Assembly: GCA_034421135.1 (NCBI GenBank)
Contig: DAOUKQ010000029.1
Span: 76,357-140,356 of the forward strand
Direction of reading: 5' to 3'
Source: Dehalococcoidia bacterium
GTDB lineage: Bacteria > Chloroflexota > Dehalococcoidia > Bin125
Length of the DNA: 64,000 nt
The notes under the pieces: generated by a model
What the model saw: only the letters and a program-made list of their open reading frames with translations
The model's database searches: none
What the model was told of the DNA's origin: nothing
In this document: one piece after another, positions 8,242-18,221 of the stretch
Position numbering within the stretch: the stretch's first letter is position 1
Layout of the letters: each line of letters starts with the position of its first letter
Position numbers and translations under genes: made by a program

Positions 8242-9466
8242 TGCGTCCGGCAGTTGGGACGCCGATATCGCCGTCATCGGCGCGGGCATTCTCGGACTCT
8301 CGACTGCGATGGCCCTCGCCACATCGCACGACGACCTGCGTGTCGTCGCGCTGGAGCAGGAATCCGGCGTCGGACGACACCAGAGCGGCAACAACTCGGG
8401 CGTGATTCACTCCGGGCTGTACTACCGGCCCGGCTCAGCCAAGGCGCGCATGGCCGTGGCCGGCGCCGAGCGGATGTACGCCTTCTGCGACGAACACGGC
8501 ATCGGCGCAGAGCGCTGCGGTAAGGTTGTCGTCGCGACCCATGAGTCCGAACTCGAGCGGATGCGCGAGCTGCACCGTCGCGGCGACGCCAACGGCGTGC
8601 CCGACATCCGCGAGCTCGGACCCGACGAACTGCGCGAGTTTGAGCCCAACGCGGCCGGCGTCGCCGCGCTGCACATCCCGTCGACCGGCATCGCCGACTA
8701 CCGAGGCGTCTGCGAGAAGTACCGCGAGCTGCTGCAATCGGCTGGCGGATCGGTGCGGCTGCGGTCCCGCGTCTCGGGCGTTCGCGTCGACGCCGACGGC
8801 GTCCGGCTCTCGACCTCTACGGGAATCGTCCGCGCCAGGTACGTCGTCAACTGCGCCGGACTGCAGGCAGACCGCATCGCTCGGCGGGCGGGCGCGTCCG
8901 AGGCTCGCGACCTGCGCATCGTCCCGTTTCGCGGCGAGTACTACGACCTCGTGCCCTCGGCGCGGCACATGCTCAAGAACCTGATCTATCCCGTGCCCGA
9001 CCCGGCCTTCCCGTTCCTCGGCGTGCATTTCACGCGGCGGCTGGACGGCACCGTCGAGGCGGGCCCCAACGCCGTCCTGGCGCTCAAGCGCGAGGGCTAC
9101 CGCTGGCGCGACATCTCCGCCCGCGACACGGCGGAATCGCTGACCTGGCCCGGCTTCCTCCGGCTGGCCAGGGGCCACTGGCAGACCGGCCTCGGAGAAA
9201 TCTGGCGCAGCGCCAACAAACCCGCCTTCGTCAACGCCCTCCAACGCCTGATGCCCAACCTCGAACCCGATCAACTCACCCGAGGAGGAGCCGGAGTCAG
9301 AGCCCAAGCCCTCCGCCGAGACGGCACCTTAGCCGACGACTTCGAAATCGCCCACCAGGATCGCCTCATCCACATCCTCAACGCCCCCAGCCCCGGCGCC
9401 ACGGCCAGCCTGCTTATCGGAGAAGAAATCGCAGCGACGGCAGAGTCGGCATGGTTGGGGGGATAA
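8234..9466 (+). CDS. lhgO: L-2-hydroxyglutarate oxidase/dehydrogenase (FAD-dependent)
   Basis: 410 aa; N-terminal FAD Rossmann DIAVIGAGILGLSTAMAL; alignable along its length to E. coli LhgO/YgaF (GNNSGVIHSGLYY, RIVPFRGEYY, AGVRAQA, NAPSPGATAS). Confidence 0.8.
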   Translation: MSDASGSWDADIAVIGAGILGLSTAMALATSHDDLRVVALEQESGVGRHQSGNNSGVIHSGLYYRPGSAKARMAVAGAERMYAFCDEHGIGAERCGKVVVATHESELERMRELHRRGDANGVPDIRELGPDELREFEPNAAGVAALHIPSTGIADYRGVCEKYRELLQSAGGSVRLRSRVSGVRVDADGVRLSTSTGIVRARYVVNCAGLQADRIARRAGASEARDLRIVPFRGEYYDLVPSARHMLKNLIYPVPDPAFPFLGVHFTRRLDGTVEAGPNAVLALKREGYRWRDISARDTAESLTWPGFLRLARGHWQTGLGEIWRSANKPAFVNALQRLMPNLEPDQLTRGGAGVRAQALRRDGTLADDFEIAHQDRLIHILNAPSPGATASLLIGEEIAATAESAWLGG

Positions 9467-9476
9467 CCTATCCGTT

Positions 9477-10808
9477 ATGACGACCTACCGAGCCACCGAG
9501 GAATCGCAGGATCAACAGGTGCGAGAGCAGTTGCTGCTCAAGGGCATGCCGTCCGAGTACGCGGATAGGCGGGCTTCCCGAAACCAGATACTGGACGGCG
9601 ACCGCCCGATCCACGACTGGTATCGCTTCGTCCTGTCCTTTCCACCGCACCTGGTCCGGGAGTACCTCGAACGCTTTGAGGTCGAGGACGGCATGGTCGT
9701 GCTCGATCCGTTCTGCGGCACCGGCACCACAACGGTCGAAGCCAAGAAGCAGGGAATCGAGTCGATCGGCATCGAGGCGGTTCCCCTCTCAGCCTTCGCA
9801 GCCCGAACCAAGGTCGACTGGTCAATCGATCCGGATGAATTGGTACGCAACGCAGAAGCGATCTCTGAAAGAGCGAACACCAGCATTGCTGCTTCCGATG
9901 ATCAATCGCCTCGTCGGCTCTCCCCTGACCAGAACAGGTTGCTTCTAAAGGATTCGATCAGCCCGCGGCCTCTGCACCGAACACTGCTGCTGCTCGACGA
10001 AATCGATCAGTGCGCCGGTCCGAGCACTCCATTTCTGAGGCTGGCCCTGGCGCGAGAGCTTCCAACTAGGATCGGCAATCTCCGCTTTGGCCCGGAAATC
10101 GGTCTCGGCAACATCAAAGAGGATGCGCCGGTCGTCGATGTCTGGTCCGATCAGGTGCGGCGGATGGCCGACCACCTGCGCATGTGGAAGAAGCACGACT
10201 CAGTGCCGTCGCAGGTGATTCATGGCGACGCACGCACGCCCGACGCGCTCTTGGAGCCCGACAGTATCGATCTGGTCATCACCTCACCGCCATACCCAAA
10301 CGAGAAGGACTACACCCGCACCGTTCGGCTCGAATCGGTGCTGCTCGGCTTCATTCACGACCGGGATTCATTGCGAGAAGTCAAGAAGGGCCTGGTCCGC
10401 TCGAACACGCGAAGCGTCTACAAGCACGATGACGACGACGCCTGGCTTGATCAGTTCCCGTTGATCGGCGAACTGGCCGACCAGATCGAAGCGAAGCGCA
10501 TCGAACTGGGCAAAACCTCAGGCTTCGAGCGGATGTATCACCGCGTGACCCGACTCTATTTCGGTGGTATGGCGAGACACCTGGCGTCCCTCAGGACACC
10601 GCTCAAATCAGGTGCGCGGCTCGCCTACGTCGTCGGCGATCAGGCCTCGTACTTCCGAATCATGATCCGAACCGGAACGCTATTGGCCGAGATTGCGGAG
10701 CGCCTCGGCTACCAGGTGGACAGCATCGACCTCTTCCGGACGCGGGCCGCGACCGCCACCCGTGCCCAGATTAATGAAGAGGTCGTCGTGTTGAAGTGGC
10801 CGGGTTGA
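9477..10808 (+). CDS. SAM-dependent DNA methyltransferase (motif I then motif IV; alpha-class-like N6A/N4C MTase), putative R-M modification subunit
   Basis: 443 aa; motif I VLDPFCGTGTTTVEA at ~aa 75, motif IV DLVITSPPY at ~aa 265 with ~190 aa between (TRD-like); start ATG immediately after lhgO stop; 13-nt overlap with the downstream nuclease-fold gene. Confidence 0.6.
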   Translation: MTTYRATEESQDQQVREQLLLKGMPSEYADRRASRNQILDGDRPIHDWYRFVLSFPPHLVREYLERFEVEDGMVVLDPFCGTGTTTVEAKKQGIESIGIEAVPLSAFAARTKVDWSIDPDELVRNAEAISERANTSIAASDDQSPRRLSPDQNRLLLKDSISPRPLHRTLLLLDEIDQCAGPSTPFLRLALARELPTRIGNLRFGPEIGLGNIKEDAPVVDVWSDQVRRMADHLRMWKKHDSVPSQVIHGDARTPDALLEPDSIDLVITSPPYPNEKDYTRTVRLESVLLGFIHDRDSLREVKKGLVRSNTRSVYKHDDDDAWLDQFPLIGELADQIEAKRIELGKTSGFERMYHRVTRLYFGGMARHLASLRTPLKSGARLAYVVGDQASYFRIMIRTGTLLAEIAERLGYQVDSIDLFRTRAATATRAQINEEVVVLKWPG

Positions 10809-11608
10809 TGCCTCGAATCACGAAGTACGACCGAATCATCTCGCAGATATTCAAGACACACGACGACGGCAGCGCTTCCTTCGAGTTTCCCCGAGCAGCT
10901 ATTGCCGAGGCTGCTGATGCGCTCGGTCTGTCTGCTCCGAAGAACGTCGGCGATGTGATCTATACCTACCGCTCTCGCAGGGATCTACCAGCCGACATTC
11001 AGCAACGAGCGGAGTCGGGGCGCGAATGGATCATCCGGACCGTCGGAACCGCGCAGTATGAGTTCGTCCAGGTCCGTTGGGGAGGAGCGCAACCATCCCA
11101 GAGCCTCGCGGAGACACTGATCCCGGACAGCACTCCGGCCTTGATCGAAAAGTACCGTCAGTCTGATGAACAGGCCTTGCTCGCCATCGTCCGCTATAAC
11201 CGGTTGATCGACGTATTCACCAAGCTGAGCTGCTTCTCGGTGCAGAGCCACCTGCGAACCAATCTTGAGGGCATCAGCCAAGTCGAGATCGACGAGCTCT
11301 ACGTCGGCATCGACCGGCGCGGCGCACACTACGTCCTACCGATCGAGGTCAAGTCGCGCACGGATCGTCTCGGCGCGGCGCAGGTATCCAATCTGTTCGC
11401 CCTCGCCGATCAGAAGTTCCCCAGCCTGATCCCGCGCCCAATCGGCGCGCAGTTCGTTACCGACGATCTGATTGCACTGTTCGAGTTCGAACGCGGCGTC
11501 AACAACCTCGACCTCTCAGTCGTCGCCGAGAAACACTATCGCTTGGCGCCAGCAGACGACATCTCCGACGATCTGATTCGCCGCTACGCCCAAAGACCCG
11601 ACGACTGA
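10796..11608 (+). CDS. Putative Type II restriction endonuclease (PD-(D/E)xK fold), no recognisable family
   Basis: 270 aa; candidate catalytic core GIDRRGAHYVLPIEVKSRTD (D...ExK); translationally coupled to the MTase. Confidence 0.45.
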   Translation: MAGLMPRITKYDRIISQIFKTHDDGSASFEFPRAAIAEAADALGLSAPKNVGDVIYTYRSRRDLPADIQQRAESGREWIIRTVGTAQYEFVQVRWGGAQPSQSLAETLIPDSTPALIEKYRQSDEQALLAIVRYNRLIDVFTKLSCFSVQSHLRTNLEGISQVEIDELYVGIDRRGAHYVLPIEVKSRTDRLGAAQVSNLFALADQKFPSLIPRPIGAQFVTDDLIALFEFERGVNNLDLSVVAEKHYRLAPADDISDDLIRRYAQRPDD

Positions 11609-11634
11609 CTCATCCATTTCAGACAGGCGCCGAC

Positions 11635-13305
11635 TTAGTCGCAACACTCCCCGACGTCCAGGCGGCAGAAGCATGAGGACTGCACTGGCAGGTCTGCTCT
11701 TGCCTGGGCTAGGTCCAGGCGTTGCCGTGCTACCGAGGCGAGGTCATCCTGGCCGAGGCGGTCCAGGCACTCGGTGTAGCCGGCGAGGGCCCAGATGTTG
11801 TCGAGGTGCTGGCGGGGGCGGCTGACCTGTGAGTCGTAGCCGAGGTCGGCTCGGTAGACGTCGAGCGCCTGCTCAACCTGGCCCTGCTCCAGCAGCAGCG
11901 CGCCCAGCGCGTGGCGCACAGGCTGCATCCAGCCCCAGGGCTCGTCGTAGTGCAGATGGTCGTCGAGCTCGACCGCGTGGCGCAGATGCGCGAAGGCGGC
12001 GTCGAACTCGCCCTGCCGATAGGCAATCTCGCCGCGCATCATCTCCTGCGCGATGGCGAGGATGTCTCGGCTGGGATTGTTGAACTGATAGCGCGTTTCG
12101 GGCACGGCGTCGTACGCGCGATCGAACTCCGCCGCCTCGGCGATGGCCTCGTCCGTTCGGCCCAGCGTCGCCAGCGCCACAGCCCGTGCGTAGCGCATCG
12201 TCGCGGTGGTCACGCAGTACAACTCGCGATCCTCCGGCAGCTCCTGTGTGAGAATCTCTTCCCACTTGCCAAAGCGGACCATTACGTGTTGCTCGATCGG
12301 GACGAAGGACTCCAGCCAGTCGGCCATGTTCGGTGATTCCATGCGCAGCAGCGCCTCGGGAATCTCCCCTTGCATCGCACGGGCGGTCTCGATCGCCTGT
12401 CCGTACCGACCCAGGAACATCGCGCCGTAGATCTTGAAGTGATAGTTATGGCAGCGGTACATCGTGTAGAAGTTGAATGCTCCGCGCTCCTCGACGAATA
12501 GCCTGTCGGCCTGGATTGCCCGCTCGTTCCAGTCGACGACGCTGCGGTAGTCGCCGCACAGCACGTCAATGTGCGTGCCCATGTGCTGCAAATGGCCCGA
12601 GTCCGGCATCAATCCCTTCAACTGGTCGGCGGCATGCAGCGCCTCCTGCGGGAAGGGCGACATTTCCATCAGGTGGATATACATGTGCAGCATCCCCGCA
12701 TGAGGCGGGTCGCCGCAGTGTTCGCAGTGATTCATCGCCCGCTCGAGCACGTCGCGAGCTTCGACCGTGTCCGCGCCCTCGGCCGGTTCGCCGGTCTCCA
12801 GATTCCAGAGCGACCACGGCGTGCGATTCATCATCGCCTCGGCAAACAGCGACGCCACATCAGGGTCGTCTGAGTGGGTGGCGTAGACCTCGCGCATGGC
12901 ATTGGCGTAGTCGTCGACCCAGGGCATCATGTCGTCGAGCGGCTGGCTCGACGGGTAGCGCCTCAGCAGCGCCGCAGTCAGGTCGCGCTCGGCGTCCGTG
13001 CCCTCTTTCGCCAATTCAGCCGCGCGATTCGCCGAGTCGTAGGCTCGGCCCAGCGCATGCGCCGTCTCCTTGCGGCCAAACGCCTCCCAGGGCTTGTTGT
13101 AGTTGGGCCCAATCGCATAGGCGACGCCCCAGTGCGCCATCGCGCAGTCGGGATCGGCCTCGACCGCTTGCTCGAAGCAGTAGACCGCTTCGTCGTGGTT
13201 GAAACCGTAGGTCCATGCCAGACCGCGGTCGAACCAGCGTTGCGCCTCGGAGGACGTCGTCGTGATCGGTCGGCTGTAGTCGCCGAGGTCGTAGCGGTAG
13301 GTCAT
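11635..13305 (-). CDS. Tetratricopeptide-repeat (TPR) protein
   Basis: 556 aa, repeated TPR-like helical hairpins (AMAHWGVAYAIGPNY..., LGRTDEAIAEAAEFDRAYD...). Confidence 0.6.
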   Translation of the reverse strand: MTYRYDLGDYSRPITTTSSEAQRWFDRGLAWTYGFNHDEAVYCFEQAVEADPDCAMAHWGVAYAIGPNYNKPWEAFGRKETAHALGRAYDSANRAAELAKEGTDAERDLTAALLRRYPSSQPLDDMMPWVDDYANAMREVYATHSDDPDVASLFAEAMMNRTPWSLWNLETGEPAEGADTVEARDVLERAMNHCEHCGDPPHAGMLHMYIHLMEMSPFPQEALHAADQLKGLMPDSGHLQHMGTHIDVLCGDYRSVVDWNERAIQADRLFVEERGAFNFYTMYRCHNYHFKIYGAMFLGRYGQAIETARAMQGEIPEALLRMESPNMADWLESFVPIEQHVMVRFGKWEEILTQELPEDRELYCVTTATMRYARAVALATLGRTDEAIAEAAEFDRAYDAVPETRYQFNNPSRDILAIAQEMMRGEIAYRQGEFDAAFAHLRHAVELDDHLHYDEPWGWMQPVRHALGALLLEQGQVEQALDVYRADLGYDSQVSRPRQHLDNIWALAGYTECLDRLGQDDLASVARQRLDLAQARADLPVQSSCFCRLDVGECCD

Positions 13306-13431
13306 GGCGGTGGTCCCTCAGAAGCGGCGGTCATCCAGTCTCACTCAGAATCGTAATCTGTTGGCGGGTCTGATCCCTCAACCGACCAGCCTGGATCAGC
13401 ATCTTGATACCCTCACGGGGAGGAGGCTGAC

Positions 13432-13731
13432 ATGGCCCTGCAATGCACCGCAGAGATCTACGAAGAGCGCGTGGGTGGGTACTCCTCGGTTTGTCCCGAG
13501 CTGGTCATTGCCAGCCAGGGCGAGACGATCGACGAAGCTCGTGCCATGCTCATCGAGGCAATCGAGCTCACCCTCGAGGACATGACTCCGCAGGAATACG
13601 AGTACCGCGTTAGCGGACAGATGTTGGCCGACAGCCACATCTCAGAAGACGAGCTGCGCGACGAATCGGTGTTGGTCGAGTCCAGCGTGGTCGATGTGAA
13701 TGTCGACCTGCCGTTCGTGTCTGCGCGCTGA
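13432..13731 (+). CDS. hicB: HicB family antitoxin (UPF0150 / RNase-H-like fold)
   Basis: 99 aa; MALQCTAEIYEERVGGYSSVCPELVIASQGETIDEARAMLIEAIEL is characteristic of HicB; immediately upstream of hicA. Confidence 0.7.
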   Translation: MALQCTAEIYEERVGGYSSVCPELVIASQGETIDEARAMLIEAIELTLEDMTPQEYEYRVSGQMLADSHISEDELRDESVLVESSVVDVNVDLPFVSAR

Positions 13732-13733
13732 CG

Positions 13734-13943
13734 GTGCGCGTCCGTACCGCACGGCAGATCAACCGGATTCTTGAACGGCAAGGGTTCGTCCAGGTCAGGC
13801 AACGCGGCAGCCACCGCCGGTACCGGGCCGTCATCAAGGGTATTGAACGAAACGTGACCGTGTCTCAGCATCGTGACATTCCTCCACGAACACTGAAGAC
13901 GATCATCGAACAATCCGGACTCCCGCGAGACCTGTTCGAGTAG
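13734..13943 (+). CDS. hicA: HicA family mRNA interferase toxin
   Basis: 69 aa; conserved GSH(R) motif and C-terminal PRTLKTIIEQSGL characteristic of HicA/YcfA. Confidence 0.75.
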   Translation: MRVRTARQINRILERQGFVQVRQRGSHRRYRAVIKGIERNVTVSQHRDIPPRTLKTIIEQSGLPRDLFE

Positions 13944-13962
13944 CCCGCGTATCCTCCTCTGC

Positions 13963-15150
13963 ATGACTACTGACAACACTCTCCTCCCGCCGCTCGACGG
14001 CATCACCGTCATCAACGCCGGCCAGATTCTCGCCGCTCCTCACTGCGCCACCATGTTGGCCGAGTTTGGGGCGGATGTCATCAAGGTCGAACGGCCTGGA
14101 TCCGGCGAACCCAATCACGGCACCATCTCCTATGTCCAGGAGAACCGTTCGCAGCGCGGGGTGACCTGCAACCTCGCCGATCCGCGCGGCAAGGAGCTGT
14201 TCCGACAACTCTGCGGGCGGGCCGATGTGCTGATCGAGAACTTCCGGCCGGGCACGTTGGAGAAGATGGGGCTATCGCCCGACTCGCTGCGCGAGCTGAA
14301 TCCCGAGCTTGTCGTGACCCGCGTCTCGGGCTACGGTCAGACCGGACCGTATCGCGAGAAGGCCGGTTTCGACCGGGTCGCGCTGGGATTCGCCGGAATG
14401 ACCTACACGACCGGCTGGGCCGACGGTCCGCCGGTGCGACCGGGCTACATGGTCGCCGACTACTCGGCCGGCGTCTTCGCCGCGATGGGCACGCTGATGG
14501 CGCTGCGGGCGCGCGATGTCAACGGCGGCGTGGGACAGGATGTCGATGTCGCGCTCTACGAGGCGATCTGGAAACAGTCGGGCACGCACGCGTCGCAGTT
14601 CTACATGACGGGAGAGAATCGCGAGCGCTCGGGCAACTATTGGCCCGGCGTCGTGCCAGCCGAACAATGGCAGACCGCCGACGGACACCACCTGATCATT
14701 AACGCGACTACGCAGGGCACATTCGTCCGCCTGGTCGAGGCGATGCAGCGTCCCGACCTGCTGACTGACGAGCGCTTCGAGATCCACCGCGACCGTCGTC
14801 GCAACTACGAGTCTCTGCACGAGATCGTGGGCGAGTGGATCGGCTCAATGACGCTGGAACAGGTCCAGCACCTACTGGACAAGCACGGCGTCCCGGCAAC
14901 CAAGGTCTACGCGACATCCGACGTGATGGCGGACGAGCACTACGAGGCTCGCGAGCAAATCGTCACGGTGCCCTCGGAGCAGCACGGCGAGCTGCCCCAG
15001 CCTGGCATCACGCCGAGGCTGTCGAAGACGCCAGGCGCCGTCAAGCATCGAGCGCCGACGCTGGGCGAGCACAATCGCGAAATCTACGGCGGGATGCTCG
15101 GCGTGAGCGACGATGAGCTGGACGCGTTGTCGGCAGACGGTGTGATCTAG
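13963..15150 (+). CDS. CoA-transferase family III (CaiB/BaiF) protein
   Basis: 395 aa; N-terminal LDGITVINAGQILAAPHCATMLAEFGADVIKVE and C-terminal APTLGEHNREI typical of CaiB/BaiF. Confidence 0.8.
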   Translation: MTTDNTLLPPLDGITVINAGQILAAPHCATMLAEFGADVIKVERPGSGEPNHGTISYVQENRSQRGVTCNLADPRGKELFRQLCGRADVLIENFRPGTLEKMGLSPDSLRELNPELVVTRVSGYGQTGPYREKAGFDRVALGFAGMTYTTGWADGPPVRPGYMVADYSAGVFAAMGTLMALRARDVNGGVGQDVDVALYEAIWKQSGTHASQFYMTGENRERSGNYWPGVVPAEQWQTADGHHLIINATTQGTFVRLVEAMQRPDLLTDERFEIHRDRRRNYESLHEIVGEWIGSMTLEQVQHLLDKHGVPATKVYATSDVMADEHYEAREQIVTVPSEQHGELPQPGITPRLSKTPGAVKHRAPTLGEHNREIYGGMLGVSDDELDALSADGVI

Positions 15151-15193
15151 GGACTCACGCATTGCTACGATTTCGGCAACTATTGGAGATGGC

Positions 15194-15841
15194 ATGATCA
15201 CCAGCGCTCCTGCCGACGCACCACCGCTCCCCGGGTTGATCCGCATCGGTTGCGGCCTGAGTGCGATCAGCGACGAAGACCTCGAGCGGATCTGTGACGA
15301 GAACCCAGGTTGGAAGTTCGAGCTCGACGAAGACGGGGAGTTGGTGATCAACGTGTACGCCGGTGATGAGAGTTCGGACGTCGGAGCGGAACTTGGGGGA
15401 CAGCTTCGCAATTGGCGCATCGGCGGCGGCGGTGGACGAGCCCGAGACGCCAGCGCCGGTTACCGCATGACCGACACCGAGGGACGCACGCGGTTGCTGG
15501 AACCGGATGTCTCCTGGGTGAGTCCTGAACGGCTGGCCGCGGCCACACGCGAAGACGTGAAGGGCGCGATGTCGTTCAATCCGGACTTTGTCGTCGAGGT
15601 TCGCTCGCCCAGCGATAGCTTGAGTGATCAACAGACCAAGATGGAAATCTGGATGCACTTCGGCGTGCGCCTCGGCTGGCTCGTCGATCTCGACGCCTGC
15701 AACGTGTGGATCTACCGGCAAGGTCAGGAGCCGCAGCTCCTTGAGCGACCCTCGACGCTGGACGGCGAAGACGTGCTGGTCGGCCTTGAGGTCGACTGCG
15801 CTGAAATCTGGCGTCTGGCCGACGAAGCCAACGCGGACTGA
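15194..15841 (+). CDS. Uma2 family (DUF820) protein, paralog 3
   Basis: 215 aa; PDFVVEVRSPSDSLSDQQTKMEIWMHFGVRLGWLVDLDACNVWIYRQG. Confidence 0.7.
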   Translation: MITSAPADAPPLPGLIRIGCGLSAISDEDLERICDENPGWKFELDEDGELVINVYAGDESSDVGAELGGQLRNWRIGGGGGRARDASAGYRMTDTEGRTRLLEPDVSWVSPERLAAATREDVKGAMSFNPDFVVEVRSPSDSLSDQQTKMEIWMHFGVRLGWLVDLDACNVWIYRQGQEPQLLERPSTLDGEDVLVGLEVDCAEIWRLADEANAD

Positions 15842-15859
15842 ATTGGAGATTGGACAACC

Positions 15860-16675
15860 ATGACCACTGCCATCGTTGAACGAACCATCACCGCCTTCCT
15901 CGACGGTGACGACTCGCTGGAGATCAACAACATCATTCACTCCACGGCGGGCGCGGCGCGCTATGGCTACAGTGGACCGCTGGTCGGCGGCACGACGGTC
16001 TACTCGTGGTCGGTCGCCGCGCTGGTCGAGGCTCTGGGCGACGCCTGGCTGGACGAGGGCTGGGTGGCGTTCCAGTTGCGCAGGCCCGTGTATCCGAATG
16101 AGGTGATCACGACGCGCGTGGAATCAAACGGCGGCGATGTCGCCTTCACCATGACCAAGCACAACGGCGACATCGCCGTCCGGGGAACCGCCGGGCTCGG
16201 CATCGCCGACTTCAACGCCGAGATTTCAGACGCAACCGACCGAACGCCGGTCCCGGAGCCCGAGCATCGTCTCTACATCACCAGGGAACTCGCCCCGCTC
16301 GGCGACGACCTGCCGGCCATGTCGATCGACCTGAGTTCCGGCGAAGCGGAACGGTACGCCGCAGAACTGGCTCGAGATCCCGACCAGCGCTGGTGCGGAG
16401 CGAATGCTCCCGTGCATCCGGGCTGGATCGCCCAGCGAGCGAATGCGCTGCTCGCGCACACCTGGCGCTACACCTCGATCCACGCATCAAGCCAGATTCA
16501 GCACCTGGCGCCCGTCCATGCCGACCAACGGCTGCTCGTCAGCGGCAGGCTCGACTCGGGCTACGAGCGCAAGGGCCACGAGTACGCGATCATCGATCTC
16601 ACGGTGACCTCTGAGGACGGCCGGGACCTGGTGCGGATGCGGCAACCGACGATCTATCAGGTTGGAGCACGCTGA
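15860..16675 (+). CDS. MaoC-like (hotdog fold) dehydratase/hydratase, tandem paralog A
   Basis: 271 aa; HSTAGAARYGYSGPLVGGTTVYSW and a second hotdog half; 40-50% identical to the next gene. Confidence 0.6.
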   Translation: MTTAIVERTITAFLDGDDSLEINNIIHSTAGAARYGYSGPLVGGTTVYSWSVAALVEALGDAWLDEGWVAFQLRRPVYPNEVITTRVESNGGDVAFTMTKHNGDIAVRGTAGLGIADFNAEISDATDRTPVPEPEHRLYITRELAPLGDDLPAMSIDLSSGEAERYAAELARDPDQRWCGANAPVHPGWIAQRANALLAHTWRYTSIHASSQIQHLAPVHADQRLLVSGRLDSGYERKGHEYAIIDLTVTSEDGRDLVRMRQPTIYQVGAR

Positions 16676-16686
16676 CGAGCGGAAGC

Positions 16687-17553
16687 ATGACTACGCCGAC
16701 CATCGAACGCTCGATCACGGCATTCCTCGACGGCGAGGACTCGATCGAGATCGACAACATCATCCACTCGACCGAGGGCGCCGCGAAGTTCGGCTTCACC
16801 GGCGCGCTGGTCGGCGGCGTCACCGTCTACTCCTGGGCCGTACCGGCGTTAATCGAAGCCCTCGGCGAGGAGTGGCTGGACAGCGGCTGGATTGAGTTCC
16901 GCCTGCGCCGTCCCGTCTACCCGGGCGACGAAATCACGACACGCGTGACTCCAACAGCGAATGCCGTCGCTCCCGCGCAGGCGGGAGCCTGGCCGGACGC
17001 CTCCACGTTCGAGTTCTCCATGGCGAAGGAGTCGGGCGAAGTCTGCATCGCCGGGACGGCGGGCCTGGGCGAGGCCGAGTTCTACGCCGACCTGGCAGTG
17101 GCGCAGAATCGGAACGCGGTTCCGCCCGCCGATCCGCCCGCGCTGCTCACGCCCGAGAATCTGCCAATCGGCGAAGACCTGCCGGCGATGTCCGTGCCGA
17201 TGTCGCTCGACGATGCTGCAACCTACGCCGATCAGTTCGCCCGCGACCCGCACCCGCGCTGGCGCGGCGAGGGCGCGCGCTTGCATCCCGGCTGGATCGC
17301 CGGTCGCTGCGTGCGCCTGACCAAGCACACCTACCACTATCCGGCCGGCATCCACGCCGGCAGCCAGATCCAGATGCTCGCCCCTGCGAGAGCCGGCCAA
17401 ACGCTGATCGTTTCCGGCCACGTCACCGACGGCTATCGCCGCAAGCAGCACGAGTACTGCCTCCTGGACGTCACGATCAGCGACGAATCGGGCCGGGACA
17501 TCGCCCGAATCCGCCATCGAACCATCTACCAGGTCGGCGGCGGGGACGACTAG
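16687..17553 (+). CDS. MaoC-like (hotdog fold) dehydratase/hydratase, tandem paralog B
   Basis: 288 aa; HSTEGAAKFGFTGALVGGVTVYSWAVPALIEALGEEWLD, paralog of 15860..16675. Confidence 0.6.
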   Translation: MTTPTIERSITAFLDGEDSIEIDNIIHSTEGAAKFGFTGALVGGVTVYSWAVPALIEALGEEWLDSGWIEFRLRRPVYPGDEITTRVTPTANAVAPAQAGAWPDASTFEFSMAKESGEVCIAGTAGLGEAEFYADLAVAQNRNAVPPADPPALLTPENLPIGEDLPAMSVPMSLDDAATYADQFARDPHPRWRGEGARLHPGWIAGRCVRLTKHTYHYPAGIHAGSQIQMLAPARAGQTLIVSGHVTDGYRRKQHEYCLLDVTISDESGRDIARIRHRTIYQVGGGDD

Positions 17554-18164
17554 CTCATCCAGCGGCGCCAGATGATCAGGGCGATGGCGAAGATCAGGCC
17601 CAGGAAGACGAGGACGTAGAGGAAGATGCGCAGCGTGTCGACGATCGGCTGATGGTAGACGACGCGCACGCTGAGCGGCGGCGAGTAGGTCCAGGTCTCA
17701 CTGCGCACTTGCTCGAGCGTAACCGGATCGTGCGAGGGGAAGCGAGTACTGCCGTAGCGGCGGTTCGGACGGAGGCTCCTGAAGCCCAGGATGATCTCCT
17801 CGTCGCTGAGCCCTCGTTGGGTGATCCGTACCTTGCTGGGCGCGTTGTCGTCGTCGTTCGAGAGCACGATCGGCTCCGAATAAAGCGAACGGGGCCGGTC
17901 GACCAGCGACAGGTCGAGCGGGAACCCCTCGGCTTCGTAGAAGTGCTCGACGCCTTCGTGATCGGTCTCGAGAATGCCCAGTTCGGCTTGCTGATCGCCG
18001 GCGTGGCGCATCGCGATCTGGACCTGGACCGTGCGCGGCGGCTTGTCGACGCCGAACGCCCAGATGCCGAGCGCGATGATCGCTCCAACAACGATGACGA
18101 GGATCCAGCGCTGGAGGCCGAGGTTCGGGAGTGTCACCGGAGTAGCGTATCGAAGGATCTGCAA
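17550..18164 (-). CDS. Hypothetical membrane protein (N- and C-terminal TM helices)
   Basis: 204 aa; TM helix near the N-terminus (WILVIVVGAIIALGIWAF) and at the C-terminus (IFLYVLVFLGLIFAIALII); 4-nt overlap with the MaoC gene end. Confidence 0.45.
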   Translation of the reverse strand: MQILRYATPVTLPNLGLQRWILVIVVGAIIALGIWAFGVDKPPRTVQVQIAMRHAGDQQAELGILETDHEGVEHFYEAEGFPLDLSLVDRPRSLYSEPIVLSNDDDNAPSKVRITQRGLSDEEIILGFRSLRPNRRYGSTRFPSHDPVTLEQVRSETWTYSPPLSVRVVYHQPIVDTLRIFLYVLVFLGLIFAIALIIWRRWMS

Positions 18165-18221
18165 CGTGCCTCAATGCGCCCCAGCGCGCTACGAGGCGGG
18201 CGGCGCTCGTAGACTGTTCGC

